From a virus (taxonomy: Duplodnaviria > Heunggongvirae > Uroviricota > Caudoviricetes), in the IMG/VR virus record IMGVR_UViG_3300044295_000252, positions 66,682 through 130,681 of that record: 64,000 nucleotides of DNA; one strand, given 5' to 3'. Position 1 is the stretch's first letter; the number at the start of each line of letters is the position of its first letter. The notes under the pieces were generated by a model, which ran no database searches, had not been told where the DNA came from, and saw nothing but the letters and a program-made list of their open reading frames with translations. Shown in pieces: positions 54,533 to 63,310 of the stretch. Both the position numbers and the translations under genes were made by a program.

Positions 54533-55643
54533 ATTTCTTTATCATAGATTCGTAATGTTTAAAACTTTTTGCTTTAGGTGCACAGACGCCGCAGAAACAA
54601 GTAGGTTTGCGACACTGAATAACGGGTAACGTGTCAGCACTTAGTTGAGTTCGCAATCGATCCAATATAGCATCAGGGTCAGACAAATTACCAATGGGGC
54701 TTACTGTACCATCAAAATTCATTTTACAATCTTTATTGACATAAACATCACCATATACTTGTTTAACGAAAAGAAAGAACCAGTTCACACTGCAATACCA
54801 ACCACTGAACTTATTTTGAACGAAGAAGTCACGTTTTTTGAAGTTTTGATCCATGCAAACTTGTCTACCACCGCAACAGGCTCTGCCCACTTGGGTTAAG
54901 TCAGTTTGCGACTGTTGTGGTGTAATCTCTATGGATGTTTTGTAGCTGTGATCCTTATATAATTGATTAAACCACGCTATCTGCTGCTCATTATATGTGA
55001 AATGTTGCCAATGTGGTGGATGATCCAGTTGTCGCGGCAATGATGCAACATTGTGCTCACGTAACCAAGCCAACATCTGCTGCGCATCAGCAAATAATTC
55101 AGGTTCTGTATGCATTAACACGATACATTTCAATGAACGTCCACTATCGCGCAACATCAGCAAATTATCTCGGAATTGTTGCTTTTGTTTGGCTGAATTC
55201 TCTGTGTGGTAGCTAACCGTAAAGTGGTCAATCAGTGGGATAATGGCACTTAGTTTCTTCTTGGATACAATTGCATTAGTGGTGTTGGCAATACTAAGTG
55301 ACCAACGATCCTGATACTGCTGATGTTTGCTTTTTGCAGCTTGTAATATTTCCACAATGTGAGGATGTGCTAGTGCTTCACCTCCATATACATTTAGGTT
55401 GGCACTTCGCAGTGAAGGCAGTTTATACTGCATGTATAAGTCTGCATATTGATACATAAAGTCCAGACCCTGCAAACATTTCTCTAATGGCGGATGTTGT
55501 GTAGTGTTATCATGTCCACCATTATAACCAGTGCCGCAATAGGTACAGTCCAAATTACACTTTTGGGTTAATTCCCAGTCTAATAAGAATCCCATTTTGT
55601 TATTGGGATCTGGGAATGGTTCAAGGACAGAGAATGATTGCAT
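54513..55643 (-). CDS. Radical SAM enzyme, paralogue 5
   Basis: CNLDCTYC (Cx3Cx2C) near the N-terminus. C-terminal Cys-rich region (CCGGRQVC .. CRKPTCFCGVC) is SPASM/twitch-like. Confidence 0.7.
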   Translation of the reverse strand: MQSFSVLEPFPDPNNKMGFLLDWELTQKCNLDCTYCGTGYNGGHDNTTQHPPLEKCLQGLDFMYQYADLYMQYKLPSLRSANLNVYGGEALAHPHIVEILQAAKSKHQQYQDRWSLSIANTTNAIVSKKKLSAIIPLIDHFTVSYHTENSAKQKQQFRDNLLMLRDSGRSLKCIVLMHTEPELFADAQQMLAWLREHNVASLPRQLDHPPHWQHFTYNEQQIAWFNQLYKDHSYKTSIEITPQQSQTDLTQVGRACCGGRQVCMDQNFKKRDFFVQNKFSGWYCSVNWFFLFVKQVYGDVYVNKDCKMNFDGTVSPIGNLSDPDAILDRLRTQLSADTLPVIQCRKPTCFCGVCAPKAKSFKHYESMIKKYEARTK

Positions 55644-55719
55644 ACTGTAGTTTATAATGTACCACTTGTTAAGTCAAACACATTTATTTAAGTGTTTGTC
55701 TGCTTCTATAAGTAAAAAC

Positions 55720-57024
55720 ATGCCGGATAAAAAGATCTTTTGTAATGTGCCCTGGACCAATACTCATATATACTGGGATGGCGGTTTTGGTGCATGCTGT
55801 AGTGAGAAAACCAAACCCTACACGGAGGCTCAATCACAACAATATAACATAAAGAACATGAATATAGTTCAGTGGTATAATTCAGATGCCATGAAACAAA
55901 TGCGAAACCAAATCAAAAGTTCTGACAAGTTACCTCAGTGCCGTGGCTGTTATCACGAAGAACAGCATGGCTATGAAAGCCGACGTATCAAAGAGAATTT
56001 CAAAAGTGTTATCTTTACTGAGCATAACTTTGATCGCAGTTATCAACAAAGTCCTGGCTATGTTGCATTTGAACATGATGGTGACGCTGAAATGCCTGTG
56101 GATTGGCATGTGGATCTAGGCAATGAATGTAATTTGGCCTGTAAGATGTGCAACCCTAACGCCAGCAGCATCGTAGCAACTCAATACAAACGATGGCAAC
56201 TGTGGGATGCCCCTGTTAATGTAACGTGGACCAGAGACGATGCAGCTTGGAACCGATTCCTGACTGATATAGTGGCAATTGAAAAACTGAACCGTGTGCA
56301 TTTTATGGGCGGCGAACCCGCAATATCCAAACGATTTGTGGAATTTCTCCAATACATGATAGATCACGATAGAACTGATGTTAGCATCAGCTTTGTTACT
56401 AACGGAACCATCATTAACGATAACCTACTTGACTTGTTGCAGCGTTTCAGAACCTTTGACATTGAGGTTAGTATTGAAGCCATGTCAGTTAACAATCACT
56501 ACATTAGGCAGGGCAGCGATACTGAGCAGGTTAAGTCTAATATTCTATATCTAAAAGGTCTACAAAGCGACAAGTTTCATTTGATATTACGCTCGGTGCC
56601 ACAATTGTTAAACGTCAATAACTATGACCAATATATACGCTGGGCCTGGGATCAGCAATTGCCTGTATCTGGAATACCGTTGACAAGGCCAGCACACTAC
56701 GCTATCGCAGTTCTTCCCAGTGATTTACGTGAACGTTTCATACCACAATATCAGGCTTTGACGGCATTTTTACGGACTCAAATAACTGACGCAAATAGAT
56801 TGTATACTGGGCGCAGTGTTAGTGGGCTAGCATCGCAGTTGATACGCGAAGCTGAATCCGTAATTGCTATGTTGCGTTCACCGGAACCCAGCGATGTGGA
56901 ACAATTACGACATGAATTGACTGCAGATATGATGCGTTGGGACACTGTTTACAAATTAAATGCGCTGGATTTTTATCCAGAATACCGAGATTTCTTTTTG
57001 AAATATGGCTACATACCTCACTGA
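55720..57024 (+). CDS. Radical SAM enzyme, paralogue 6 (same family as 14721 and 15820 proteins)
   Basis: N-terminal FCNVPWTNTHIYWDGG..ACC motif. CNLACKMC (Cx3Cx2C). Start placed at MPDKK (track ORF starts at 55657). Divergently oriented to paralogue 5. Confidence 0.7.
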   Translation: MPDKKIFCNVPWTNTHIYWDGGFGACCSEKTKPYTEAQSQQYNIKNMNIVQWYNSDAMKQMRNQIKSSDKLPQCRGCYHEEQHGYESRRIKENFKSVIFTEHNFDRSYQQSPGYVAFEHDGDAEMPVDWHVDLGNECNLACKMCNPNASSIVATQYKRWQLWDAPVNVTWTRDDAAWNRFLTDIVAIEKLNRVHFMGGEPAISKRFVEFLQYMIDHDRTDVSISFVTNGTIINDNLLDLLQRFRTFDIEVSIEAMSVNNHYIRQGSDTEQVKSNILYLKGLQSDKFHLILRSVPQLLNVNNYDQYIRWAWDQQLPVSGIPLTRPAHYAIAVLPSDLRERFIPQYQALTAFLRTQITDANRLYTGRSVSGLASQLIREAESVIAMLRSPEPSDVEQLRHELTADMMRWDTVYKLNALDFYPEYRDFFLKYGYIPH

Positions 57025-57481
57025 CTTTGCCATTACTATAGAACCCATATATGACAACCTGCCGCCAAAGGTACAGGTGGGAATGGATCATGAACTGTCC
57101 ACACTTGAACTGTTAACGACGCATACCTTCATCTATAGTTTAGATTTAGCCGAAGGTTTGCATAGTATATCTGTATCATTAGTAGACAAGCTTAATAATG
57201 ATCGCACTCAAGCGGTTAAGATCACTCGCATAGAATTTGAGGGGATCAGTACCAGCAACATGCACTATGCGGGGCGATATTATCCCAAATACCCACAGCC
57301 CTGGCTAAGTCAGCAAAGGGTTCAACCATCAGCTTGTTTACAGGGCTGTGACTATTTGGGATGGAATGGCACGTGGCAGTTAGAATTTACTGTGCCAATT
57401 TTTACGTGGATACACAAATTGGAACATTTGGGCTGGATATATCACACAGCACCACTTAAATTGCCGTCGCTGGCGTCTTGA
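57005..57481 (+). CDS. hypothetical protein (158 aa)
   Basis: Only + strand ORF in this stretch, downstream of the + strand radical-SAM gene. Overlaps the 3' end of a - strand gene by 26 nt. Confidence 0.4.
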   Translation: MATYLTDFAITIEPIYDNLPPKVQVGMDHELSTLELLTTHTFIYSLDLAEGLHSISVSLVDKLNNDRTQAVKITRIEFEGISTSNMHYAGRYYPKYPQPWLSQQRVQPSACLQGCDYLGWNGTWQLEFTVPIFTWIHKLEHLGWIYHTAPLKLPSLAS

Positions 57482-58154
57482 GAATCTGCCACATGAGTTC
57501 TTTTTCACGATAGCGGGTAAGCCCGGGCCAATCTGCGGCAAAGATTTGAACGCTGTAGCCAAAACTTTGATGACCATCCTTATAATGACCACCACCACCG
57601 GTACCAGAATAGATGCGGCAACGACGACCTTTGAACAGGTCACTGCCTAGGTAGGTACCATCCCACTCCTCGGGCCACTTGACGCGCCATTTGGCATAAC
57701 CAGTCCAGCCTGGATAGCCGCGTGGTGCCGGAGTACCATCAGGAAGTTTCTCCCTACCTCCCCAGTTGGTAACGCCATTGTGCGGGCAGGAGTGAGTGTT
57801 GCTGACCTCGGGGTGCCAGCGCATATTGAATTCAGTAAACTCCACCAGTTCGGGAACCGGGCAAACTACACCTTTATGTCGTTTACCAACTTCTTTCCAA
57901 TCCCATTCGTTACGTGCGGCTTCGGCCCAAAAATGTTTTTGGTTCTCAATGATGAACTGGGGCAAGTCAGCGATGCTCATTTCACGATTCTGGGCCGCAG
58001 TCCACCAAGACTGAGCTATGTCGTTTTCAATTTGGATCTTACGCTGCTCGCGACGCTGACGCGCCAGCTTGTTGAGATGGCTCTTATACTTTTTCTCATC
58101 TTCAAACAGTTTACCAGTTAAGTCGCACTTCCAGACTAAAACACGAGACATCAC
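57456..58154 (-). CDS. hypothetical protein (232 aa), Trp-rich
   Basis: GGAG SD. No recognised motifs. Confidence 0.5.
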   Translation of the reverse strand: MMSRVLVWKCDLTGKLFEDEKKYKSHLNKLARQRREQRKIQIENDIAQSWWTAAQNREMSIADLPQFIIENQKHFWAEAARNEWDWKEVGKRHKGVVCPVPELVEFTEFNMRWHPEVSNTHSCPHNGVTNWGGREKLPDGTPAPRGYPGWTGYAKWRVKWPEEWDGTYLGSDLFKGRRCRIYSGTGGGGHYKDGHQSFGYSVQIFAADWPGLTRYREKELMWQILKTPATAI

Positions 58155-58194
58155 ATGCTCCAGTTATAGATTATGCCTAGTATAACACTGTTGG

Positions 58195-58228
58195 CGGAAA
58201 AAAGCAAGAGCCGGTGTCACCGGCCCCT
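58195..58228 (-). terminator. rho-independent terminator after nadV (GCCGGTG-a-CACCGGC stem then UCUUGCUUUUUU)
   Basis: - strand transcript: ggccggugacaccggcucuugcuuuuuucc. Confidence 0.7.
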
Positions 58229-58234
58229 GCCATC

Positions 58235-59614
58235 TTAGCCCTGCGCTGCGCGATCGCGGACGGCTTGGAACGTGGTTTGATTCACCAGTTCACCATTGCG
58301 ATAAACCACTTGCAGGAGATCCTTGCTGACTTGGCTGTCGCTGTAACTTACCGTTTGGAAATCACCGCCCGGTTCGCGGATCAGTTGCAGACGACCACGC
58401 TTGCTGCGTTTACCCGAATCCGTAACCGGATCCTTGTAAACATCAACCCAAGCACCGTTGATGTATGCAGACGAACACTTCATAGCAAATTTCAGTGAGT
58501 CGCGATTGATCTGTTGTAGCAAAGCACCACCCTGACCAAAGGCCACGTTGTCTGCACTGTATCCAGCCATTTGCAGGCTCAGCAGGATACCACGGATCGA
58601 AACATCGTCGATGCCATCGCCCTGGATGATACGCACGTTGTTGAGGACGCGATAGCCCTTGCTGTTTACAGTGTGACCAAAATGTTGATCAAGGATACGC
58701 GCACACTTAGTGACCACTTCTGCAGGGTTACCACTGTCAGGACGAATCACGACCATTGCACCACTATCGATCACTTCCTGCTTGAGTTCCGTTCCCCACA
58801 GTTTACAGGCATTGTAAATGTCGTAACTGTCACTGACACAGGCCAGCAATGCACCGGGTTTAGCATACCGGTTCAGCATGTTGCGATATGCATCAACTTC
58901 GTTCTCACGACCCCAGCTGGTAACCGTTGAGTGTTCCATGGCCGGGATACTGAAACCACACACTTCAGCATCGTAGTATTCCATGGCAGCAAGGATACCG
59001 GCCATGGTATCAGTGCCCATGAAGTTCACCAAGTGAGCCGCACCACCCAGGGCCGCGCTTTCCTGGCTGCTGACACCACGCGCACCAAAGTCATGCAGCT
59101 TGAAGTTGATCAGTGCGGGATCACCAGTTTCTTCCAGGCCACGCAGGATGATTTGCCGACTCATGTAGCTGTTGGTGGCCACAGTGGTGGGATACCACAC
59201 TGCGCGAAGCAGGGCAGTTTCCAAGTAGCTGGTGAGCCAGTAACATTTGGGATCGGTGTTGACGATCGTGACCAGCACGTTTTGGGTTTCGATCACGGTA
59301 CCTTCCCGCACTGCGCGGATCTCCACCGGCAGTCGACCGTTGTGTTGTTTGACGATGTATTCCCAGCCCTCGCGATTGAAGGGCTCGCCGTGTGCAGTGA
59401 TAATTTTTTCTGCGATGTCGATGTCCGCCATCGTGACCGGGGTAGTGAGATATTCACGCAGGAAAGCCTGCAGGCCAAAAAACACAGTGCGATCCCAGCG
59501 TCCACCACGCGACTCGATGTAGCTGTAGATGTATTCGGTTCCGGGCGGCATTTGGTTGAATTGCGAACACTTATAGGAATCTGTGTTCAACAGGATATTT
59601 TTTGCTAGTTTCAT
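58235..59614 (-). CDS. nadV: Nicotinamide phosphoribosyltransferase (NAMPT/NadV)
   Basis: N-terminus ..LNTDSYKCSQFNQ.. and overall ~460-aa NAPRTase-family architecture. Paired with the NadM-Nudix gene. Confidence 0.85.
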   Translation of the reverse strand: MKLAKNILLNTDSYKCSQFNQMPPGTEYIYSYIESRGGRWDRTVFFGLQAFLREYLTTPVTMADIDIAEKIITAHGEPFNREGWEYIVKQHNGRLPVEIRAVREGTVIETQNVLVTIVNTDPKCYWLTSYLETALLRAVWYPTTVATNSYMSRQIILRGLEETGDPALINFKLHDFGARGVSSQESAALGGAAHLVNFMGTDTMAGILAAMEYYDAEVCGFSIPAMEHSTVTSWGRENEVDAYRNMLNRYAKPGALLACVSDSYDIYNACKLWGTELKQEVIDSGAMVVIRPDSGNPAEVVTKCARILDQHFGHTVNSKGYRVLNNVRIIQGDGIDDVSIRGILLSLQMAGYSADNVAFGQGGALLQQINRDSLKFAMKCSSAYINGAWVDVYKDPVTDSGKRSKRGRLQLIREPGGDFQTVSYSDSQVSKDLLQVVYRNGELVNQTTFQAVRDRAAQG

Positions 59615-59678
59615 TTTGATAAACTCCTTATCAGTTATGCCCAGCTCTATTGCCAGGACTTTTTGCTACTGTAACAAT

Positions 59679-59707
59679 ATTATAGCACCATTGCCATAAT
59701 ATGTCAA
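59679..59707 (-). promoter_or_regulatory. sigma70-type promoter (-35 TTGACA 59702-59707, 17-nt spacer, -10 TATAAT 59679-59684)
   Basis: Reverse-complement reads TTGACAtattatggcaatggtgcTATAATattgttacag. ~65-nt 5'UTR to nadV. Confidence 0.65.
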
Positions 59708-59869
59708 CCTACTTGATTTCACGTGAGATTTCTGCAAGATACAAAAACGGATGACCAGACTGTTCACGCCGATATTCGTTGACTGCATCCGCATCCTCAA
59801 ACTCTTTTGTGAAGGCACTTTCAACTACATCGGTGTCATCGTACCTAACCTCGAATGTTACTTGCATGG

Positions 59870-60268
59870 TCATTTCAGCAACCATTTTTTCAATGCTGCC
59901 AATTCTTCCCGGCTGATCTTTTGCATTGCAGATTCAGCCAGGGCACGTTGGCGAGCCTGTTCCTGCTCTTTGGCTTCACGTTTGCGGTCTGCCTCTTCAT
60001 GCTCATCCCACCAGTCAGCCAAATCACGCGAAGTGGCGTCACGCCCATTGTAAACAATGGTGTTGAGTTGATCCTCGGTCATCCCGCGTATGGTTTTGCA
60101 CAACACCGGCACATAGTCATCAGTGCAATAACTATTCTTTGCGGCTTCCCTAAGTTTTTGGGATACCGGAATATCCAGTTGTTGGTTAACGAACATCAGC
60201 AATCGTGCGGTTCGTTGCAGTTGGATCTCTTTATTGGTCGGATCCATGTAATCGCTGCGGCAGGGCAT
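59870..60268 (-). CDS. hypothetical protein (133 aa)
   Basis: Start at MPCRSDYM with an AAGGAGA SD (track start 60370 overlaps the upstream gene by 100 nt). Confidence 0.45.
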   Translation of the reverse strand: MPCRSDYMDPTNKEIQLQRTARLLMFVNQQLDIPVSQKLREAAKNSYCTDDYVPVLCKTIRGMTEDQLNTIVYNGRDATSRDLADWWDEHEEADRKREAKEQEQARQRALAESAMQKISREELAALKKWLLK

Positions 60269-60269
60269 G

Positions 60270-60479
60270 TTATTCTCCTTTGGCAAAAGTGATGTGAACA
60301 CCATCAAAATACGTGACTTTTTCCTCACAGGGGCCATAGCCTTCATAGCGTGTGCCAATTTTGAATTCAACTTTGGCTACTTTGCGCCTGGTATCAGCTT
60401 CAACAGCTTCGCGGATCAGCGTTTCCAATTCTTTCTTGCCGATATCCGCTGTGGCCAAAATGTCTATTGTGGTTTTCAT
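60270..60479 (-). CDS. hypothetical protein (69 aa)
   Basis: Tightly packed in the operon. Confidence 0.45.
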   Translation of the reverse strand: MKTTIDILATADIGKKELETLIREAVEADTRRKVAKVEFKIGTRYEGYGPCEEKVTYFDGVHITFAKGE

Positions 60480-60787
60480 TCTAGTTCTCCTAAATTTCGT
60501 TCAGTTACTCGTCCCACACCCTGTTGCCGTGCTACCATTTCAGCAGGTACTCGATGTTGTGGATATTGTTCACGCTCCACGCGATATGCACCACGACCAT
60601 TTTTGCCACGCCACATTTCCCAGACCACACAAACCAGTTCACCTGGAAAGGCACAGCGATCTCGGGGAAAGTAACGGTCCCTGGTGCTATTTTGCCAACG
60701 CATGCGGACCCGATAGTTCTTGGCACCGGTGCTGAGCAGTTCGCCCAATTCCCAGTCATAATCCCAGAGATAGTAGATTGGTGTCAT
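60476..60787 (-). CDS. hypothetical protein (103 aa), Trp/Arg-rich
   Basis: ATGA overlap with the downstream gene. Confidence 0.45.
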   Translation of the reverse strand: MTPIYYLWDYDWELGELLSTGAKNYRVRMRWQNSTRDRYFPRDRCAFPGELVCVVWEMWRGKNGRGAYRVEREQYPQHRVPAEMVARQQGVGRVTERNLGELE

Positions 60788-60796
60788 GCTGTCTCC

Positions 60797-61003
60797 TTAA
60801 AATTTGATTCCAAGTTCTACTGCTTCTTTTTCATAGCCCGTCGGTATATGATCCAGTTCAACTTCTGCAACACTGCTGAGACCCGCAATCAGTGCAACCT
60901 TTCTTGCTACTTCGGCGTCAGTATATGTGCCAACAACACGGCTACGACTGTTGTCTTCACGAGCATAGCCACCCGTTGATTGATGCACCACGTAAATTTT
61001 CAT
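60797..61003 (-). CDS. hypothetical protein (68 aa)
   Basis: One-nucleotide spacing from the NadM stop. Confidence 0.45.
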   Translation of the reverse strand: MKIYVVHQSTGGYAREDNSRSRVVGTYTDAEVARKVALIAGLSSVAEVELDHIPTGYEKEAVELGIKF

Positions 61004-61004
61004 G

Positions 61005-62045
61005 TTATTTCCCCAGGAAGAATTGAATGATATCGTAGTGGTCTTCGAAGATCTCTTCGCTGTTCAGCGCACTGATGGGAATCCACCGAGCACATTCTGC
61101 ATCATCCGAGCCCTTTACTTTAGGCAGGTTCCATTCGCCATCATCCAAGCTAATATGAATCGCATGCGTAATGGTTCTGCCACGTTGGCTGCGTCCCGGC
61201 GCATCAAACACGCGATTGCCCACGATGCTGCCACGCAGGACCTTTTCCGGCACTTTGATGCCAGTTTCCTCACGGAGCTCACGCAGGGCTGCATCTTCCA
61301 TGGTGCGATCCGCCACGGCATCCACAAAGCCGCCAGGCAGGGCCCAGAGTCCATTGCCGGGATCAGCACCACGCCGCACCATGAGCACGTGACCCGCTTG
61401 CATGACTACAGCATCGGCAGTGACAAAGATAATGGGATAGGGATATGCAGCCTGTTGCTTCTTGTATTTTTCCAGAAACTCACGCTCACGCACCACTTGA
61501 TTGTATTCAGGGCTGTCCTTGAACCAACGCAGGTATGCCAGGGTAGTTTCCGGTACCACGCCACGGAACCAATTGAGATTGCACAGTTCGGGTGTGAAGT
61601 AAATTTTGCGGATCTCAGTGGCGTTGAGATTTTCAATCAAGTCCTGTTGCACGAAAGTCCACTGCGGGAACATGTTGAGATAGTAGCTGCTGTCGTCTTT
61701 CTTGTGGCCAAACAGTGCCACACTGTCACCATCCTGTGTGTGTCGAGCCACCAATTCCTGCACACGCACCACCCAGGCCGCATCATTATACATGGTGTCA
61801 ATGTTGTGCTCAATGTGGAACCGGGCACCAGTTGATTGTTCAATCTTAGCCAAAGCTTCGATTAGCATGGCGCTGCGTTCACGGCTGAGCCAGGGATTTT
61901 TAAAGGTGCGCGGACGACAGGCGCTGCCCACGATCACTACCACTGTATCAGCTTGTTCGCCAGCACGTCGCAGCATCTCCACGTGGGCGTTGTGGACAGG
62001 TTGGAAACGTCCCACACACACCGCAACATCATATTTCTTATTCAT
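61005..62045 (-). CDS. Bifunctional NMN adenylyltransferase / Nudix ADP-ribose pyrophosphatase (NadM-Nudix, NatV-like)
   Basis: VCVGRFQPVHNAH (HxGH nucleotidyltransferase motif). Nudix box GGFVDAVADRTMEDAALRELREETGI. 346 aa. Confidence 0.85.
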   Translation of the reverse strand: MNKKYDVAVCVGRFQPVHNAHVEMLRRAGEQADTVVVIVGSACRPRTFKNPWLSRERSAMLIEALAKIEQSTGARFHIEHNIDTMYNDAAWVVRVQELVARHTQDGDSVALFGHKKDDSSYYLNMFPQWTFVQQDLIENLNATEIRKIYFTPELCNLNWFRGVVPETTLAYLRWFKDSPEYNQVVREREFLEKYKKQQAAYPYPIIFVTADAVVMQAGHVLMVRRGADPGNGLWALPGGFVDAVADRTMEDAALRELREETGIKVPEKVLRGSIVGNRVFDAPGRSQRGRTITHAIHISLDDGEWNLPKVKGSDDAECARWIPISALNSEEIFEDHYDIIQFFLGK

Positions 62046-62106
62046 GATAGCATAACTCCTATGCTGTTAATGCGAAGCGGGTCTATCCCACCTGCATGTT
62101 TATTTA

Positions 62107-62134
62107 TGTGCTAATTATACACGCTGACGATTAT
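62107..62134 (-). promoter_or_regulatory. sigma70-type promoter (-35 TTGACA 62129-62134, 16-nt spacer, -10 TATAAT 62107-62112)
   Basis: Reverse-complement reads TTGACAaataatcgtcagcgtgTATAATtagcac. ~60 nt upstream of the NadM-Nudix start. Confidence 0.65.
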
Positions 62135-62400
62135 TTGTCAACTTCTTTTTTCCGTGCGTAGAACACTGGGTCATAGTCACGATCCACAGTCCAGTCGCCC
62201 AGGACCACACCGTTCTCGTCCCAGATCCTTAGGGTCAGTGGCCACTGACTTTCCCATCCGTCGTGATTGCTGTGATAGTCGTTGGCACAATCCTCCACTA
62301 ACCACTCAGAGGATTCAATATCCCACTGTGATTTAAATTCAATCGCATGTTCAAATGCGATGTCAGGACTATATTCAACTGGATAATAACGTACCAACAT
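62131..62400 (-). CDS. hypothetical protein (89 aa), acidic/Trp-rich
   Basis: First gene downstream of the tRNA. Confidence 0.5.
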   Translation of the reverse strand: MLVRYYPVEYSPDIAFEHAIEFKSQWDIESSEWLVEDCANDYHSNHDGWESQWPLTLRIWDENGVVLGDWTVDRDYDPVFYARKKEVDK

Positions 62401-62418
62401 CCTATTACTCCCTGTATT

Positions 62419-62685
62419 TGGTGGGCCCTGTAGGATTCGAACCTACGACCAAGCGATTCTGGTTTGTGTGAGTTTCCTCACTCCCTGGACTTTGCCTTCA
62501 CCATTGCTTGCGCTTTAGGTGGGTGCCGTCAAGTCTCTACACGTTCCTATCTCTAGGCTTCGCTCGGCGTTGCCATATGTTACCACTTAGGTTTCACCGA
62601 ATTTGACACCATTCACTCGGGCAGTTTCCTGATCCGGTGCACGATTCCATGAGTCGCCTGCTCTAACCAACTGAGCTAAGAGCCC
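62419..62685 (-). tRNA. tRNA-Ile2 (anticodon CAU, lysidine-type) gene interrupted by a group I intron. Exon 1 is 62649-62685, exon 2 is 62419-62458, CCA encoded
   Basis: Spliced product GGGCTCTTAGCTCAGTTGGTTAGAGCAGGCGACTCAT|AATCGCTTGGTCGTAGGTTCGAATCCTACAGGGCCCACCA folds as a canonical cloverleaf. Its D- and anticodon-arms match E. coli ileX as recalled. Confidence 0.85.
62459..62648 (-). other. Group I self-splicing intron (subgroup IC3, Azoarcus/cyanobacterial tRNA-intron type), 190 nt, inserted after anticodon position 36
   Basis: The 5' exon ends in U and the intron ends in G (omega-G). Core blocks AUGGUGUCAAAUUCGGUGAAACCUAAG, UAUGGCAACGCCGAGCGAAGC and GUGUAGAGACUUGACGGCACCCACCUAAAGC match the Azoarcus pre-tRNA-Ile ribozyme core. 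Confidence 0.8.
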
Positions 62686-62694
62686 TTAATGTCT

Positions 62695-62723
62695 ATTGTA
62701 TGACTATTAACCGCATTTGTCAA
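62695..62723 (-). promoter_or_regulatory. sigma70-type promoter for the tRNA (-35 TTGACA 62718-62723, 17-nt spacer, -10 TACAAT 62695-62700)
   Basis: Predicted +1 is ~3 nt upstream of tRNA position 1. Divergent from the + strand gene starting at 62741. Confidence 0.6.
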
Positions 62724-62740
62724 TACCCCGCAAGCTAAAT

Positions 62741-63310
62741 ATGTTTATGAGATTACAGGAATTTGAGAAATCATATCACCAAACACTGCGCGAAAACATT
62801 GAACGCGACAATGACACTGAGTTCAATACCTGCGATTTAATGTTGATCATAGAATCACATGCTAACAACCGTTGGTCAGCACCACAGAACTACGAAGGAA
62901 TATTAGCTGAAGCATTTGATAGGCCATCTGTAGCTGTTGACACCAACCAAGTTGTTTTCCGTAGAGCAGATCCACTGTATTTTGAAACTAAGGCAAAACT
63001 TATTGACCGTAACGAATCTTTGAGAAACGGGTTACATAAGTTTATGCATCAAAAACGCTCAAACCCACTGGCACATATCAATCCCAGTGATAGAATGTTT
63101 TCACCGCAGGGGTTCTTTAGTAAATTAGTACCGGGACTTAGACATGTTCACATGCCTGGCGGTGATATAAGTTTAGTCTATAGGGTTGAAGGCAACGTCG
63201 TTTACCTATATGGATTTTTCTCTCACAAAGATTTAGGTACCGCAATGCCAGCCAATATACGTACTCAACAGAATATGGCCATTAGGTTGAAAAACTCAAC
63301 GTTTAAGTAA
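62741..63310 (+). CDS. hypothetical protein (189 aa)
   Basis: Start at MFMRLQEF. Only + strand gene in the right-hand 45 kb apart from radical-SAM paralogue 6 and its neighbour. Confidence 0.45.
   Translation: MFMRLQEFEKSYHQTLRENIERDNDTEFNTCDLMLIIESHANNRWSAPQNYEGILAEAFDRPSVAVDTNQVVFRRADPLYFETKAKLIDRNESLRNGLHKFMHQKRSNPLAHINPSDRMFSPQGFFSKLVPGLRHVHMPGGDISLVYRVEGNVVYLYGFFSHKDLGTAMPANIRTQQNMAIRLKNSTFK

Noticed and set aside
58571-59608. + strand ORFs 58571..58930 and 58931..59608 overlapping nadV
   Set aside because: They are fully antisense to the strongly conserved NAMPT gene and are shadow ORFs.
62419-62723. tRNA as a prophage attachment site (attP/attB core)
   Set aside because: No integrase, excisionase or repressor is found anywhere in the 64 kb. 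The tRNA is complete, carries its own consensus phage promoter and an intron, and is embedded between phage genes. It is therefore taken as a phage-encoded tRNA.
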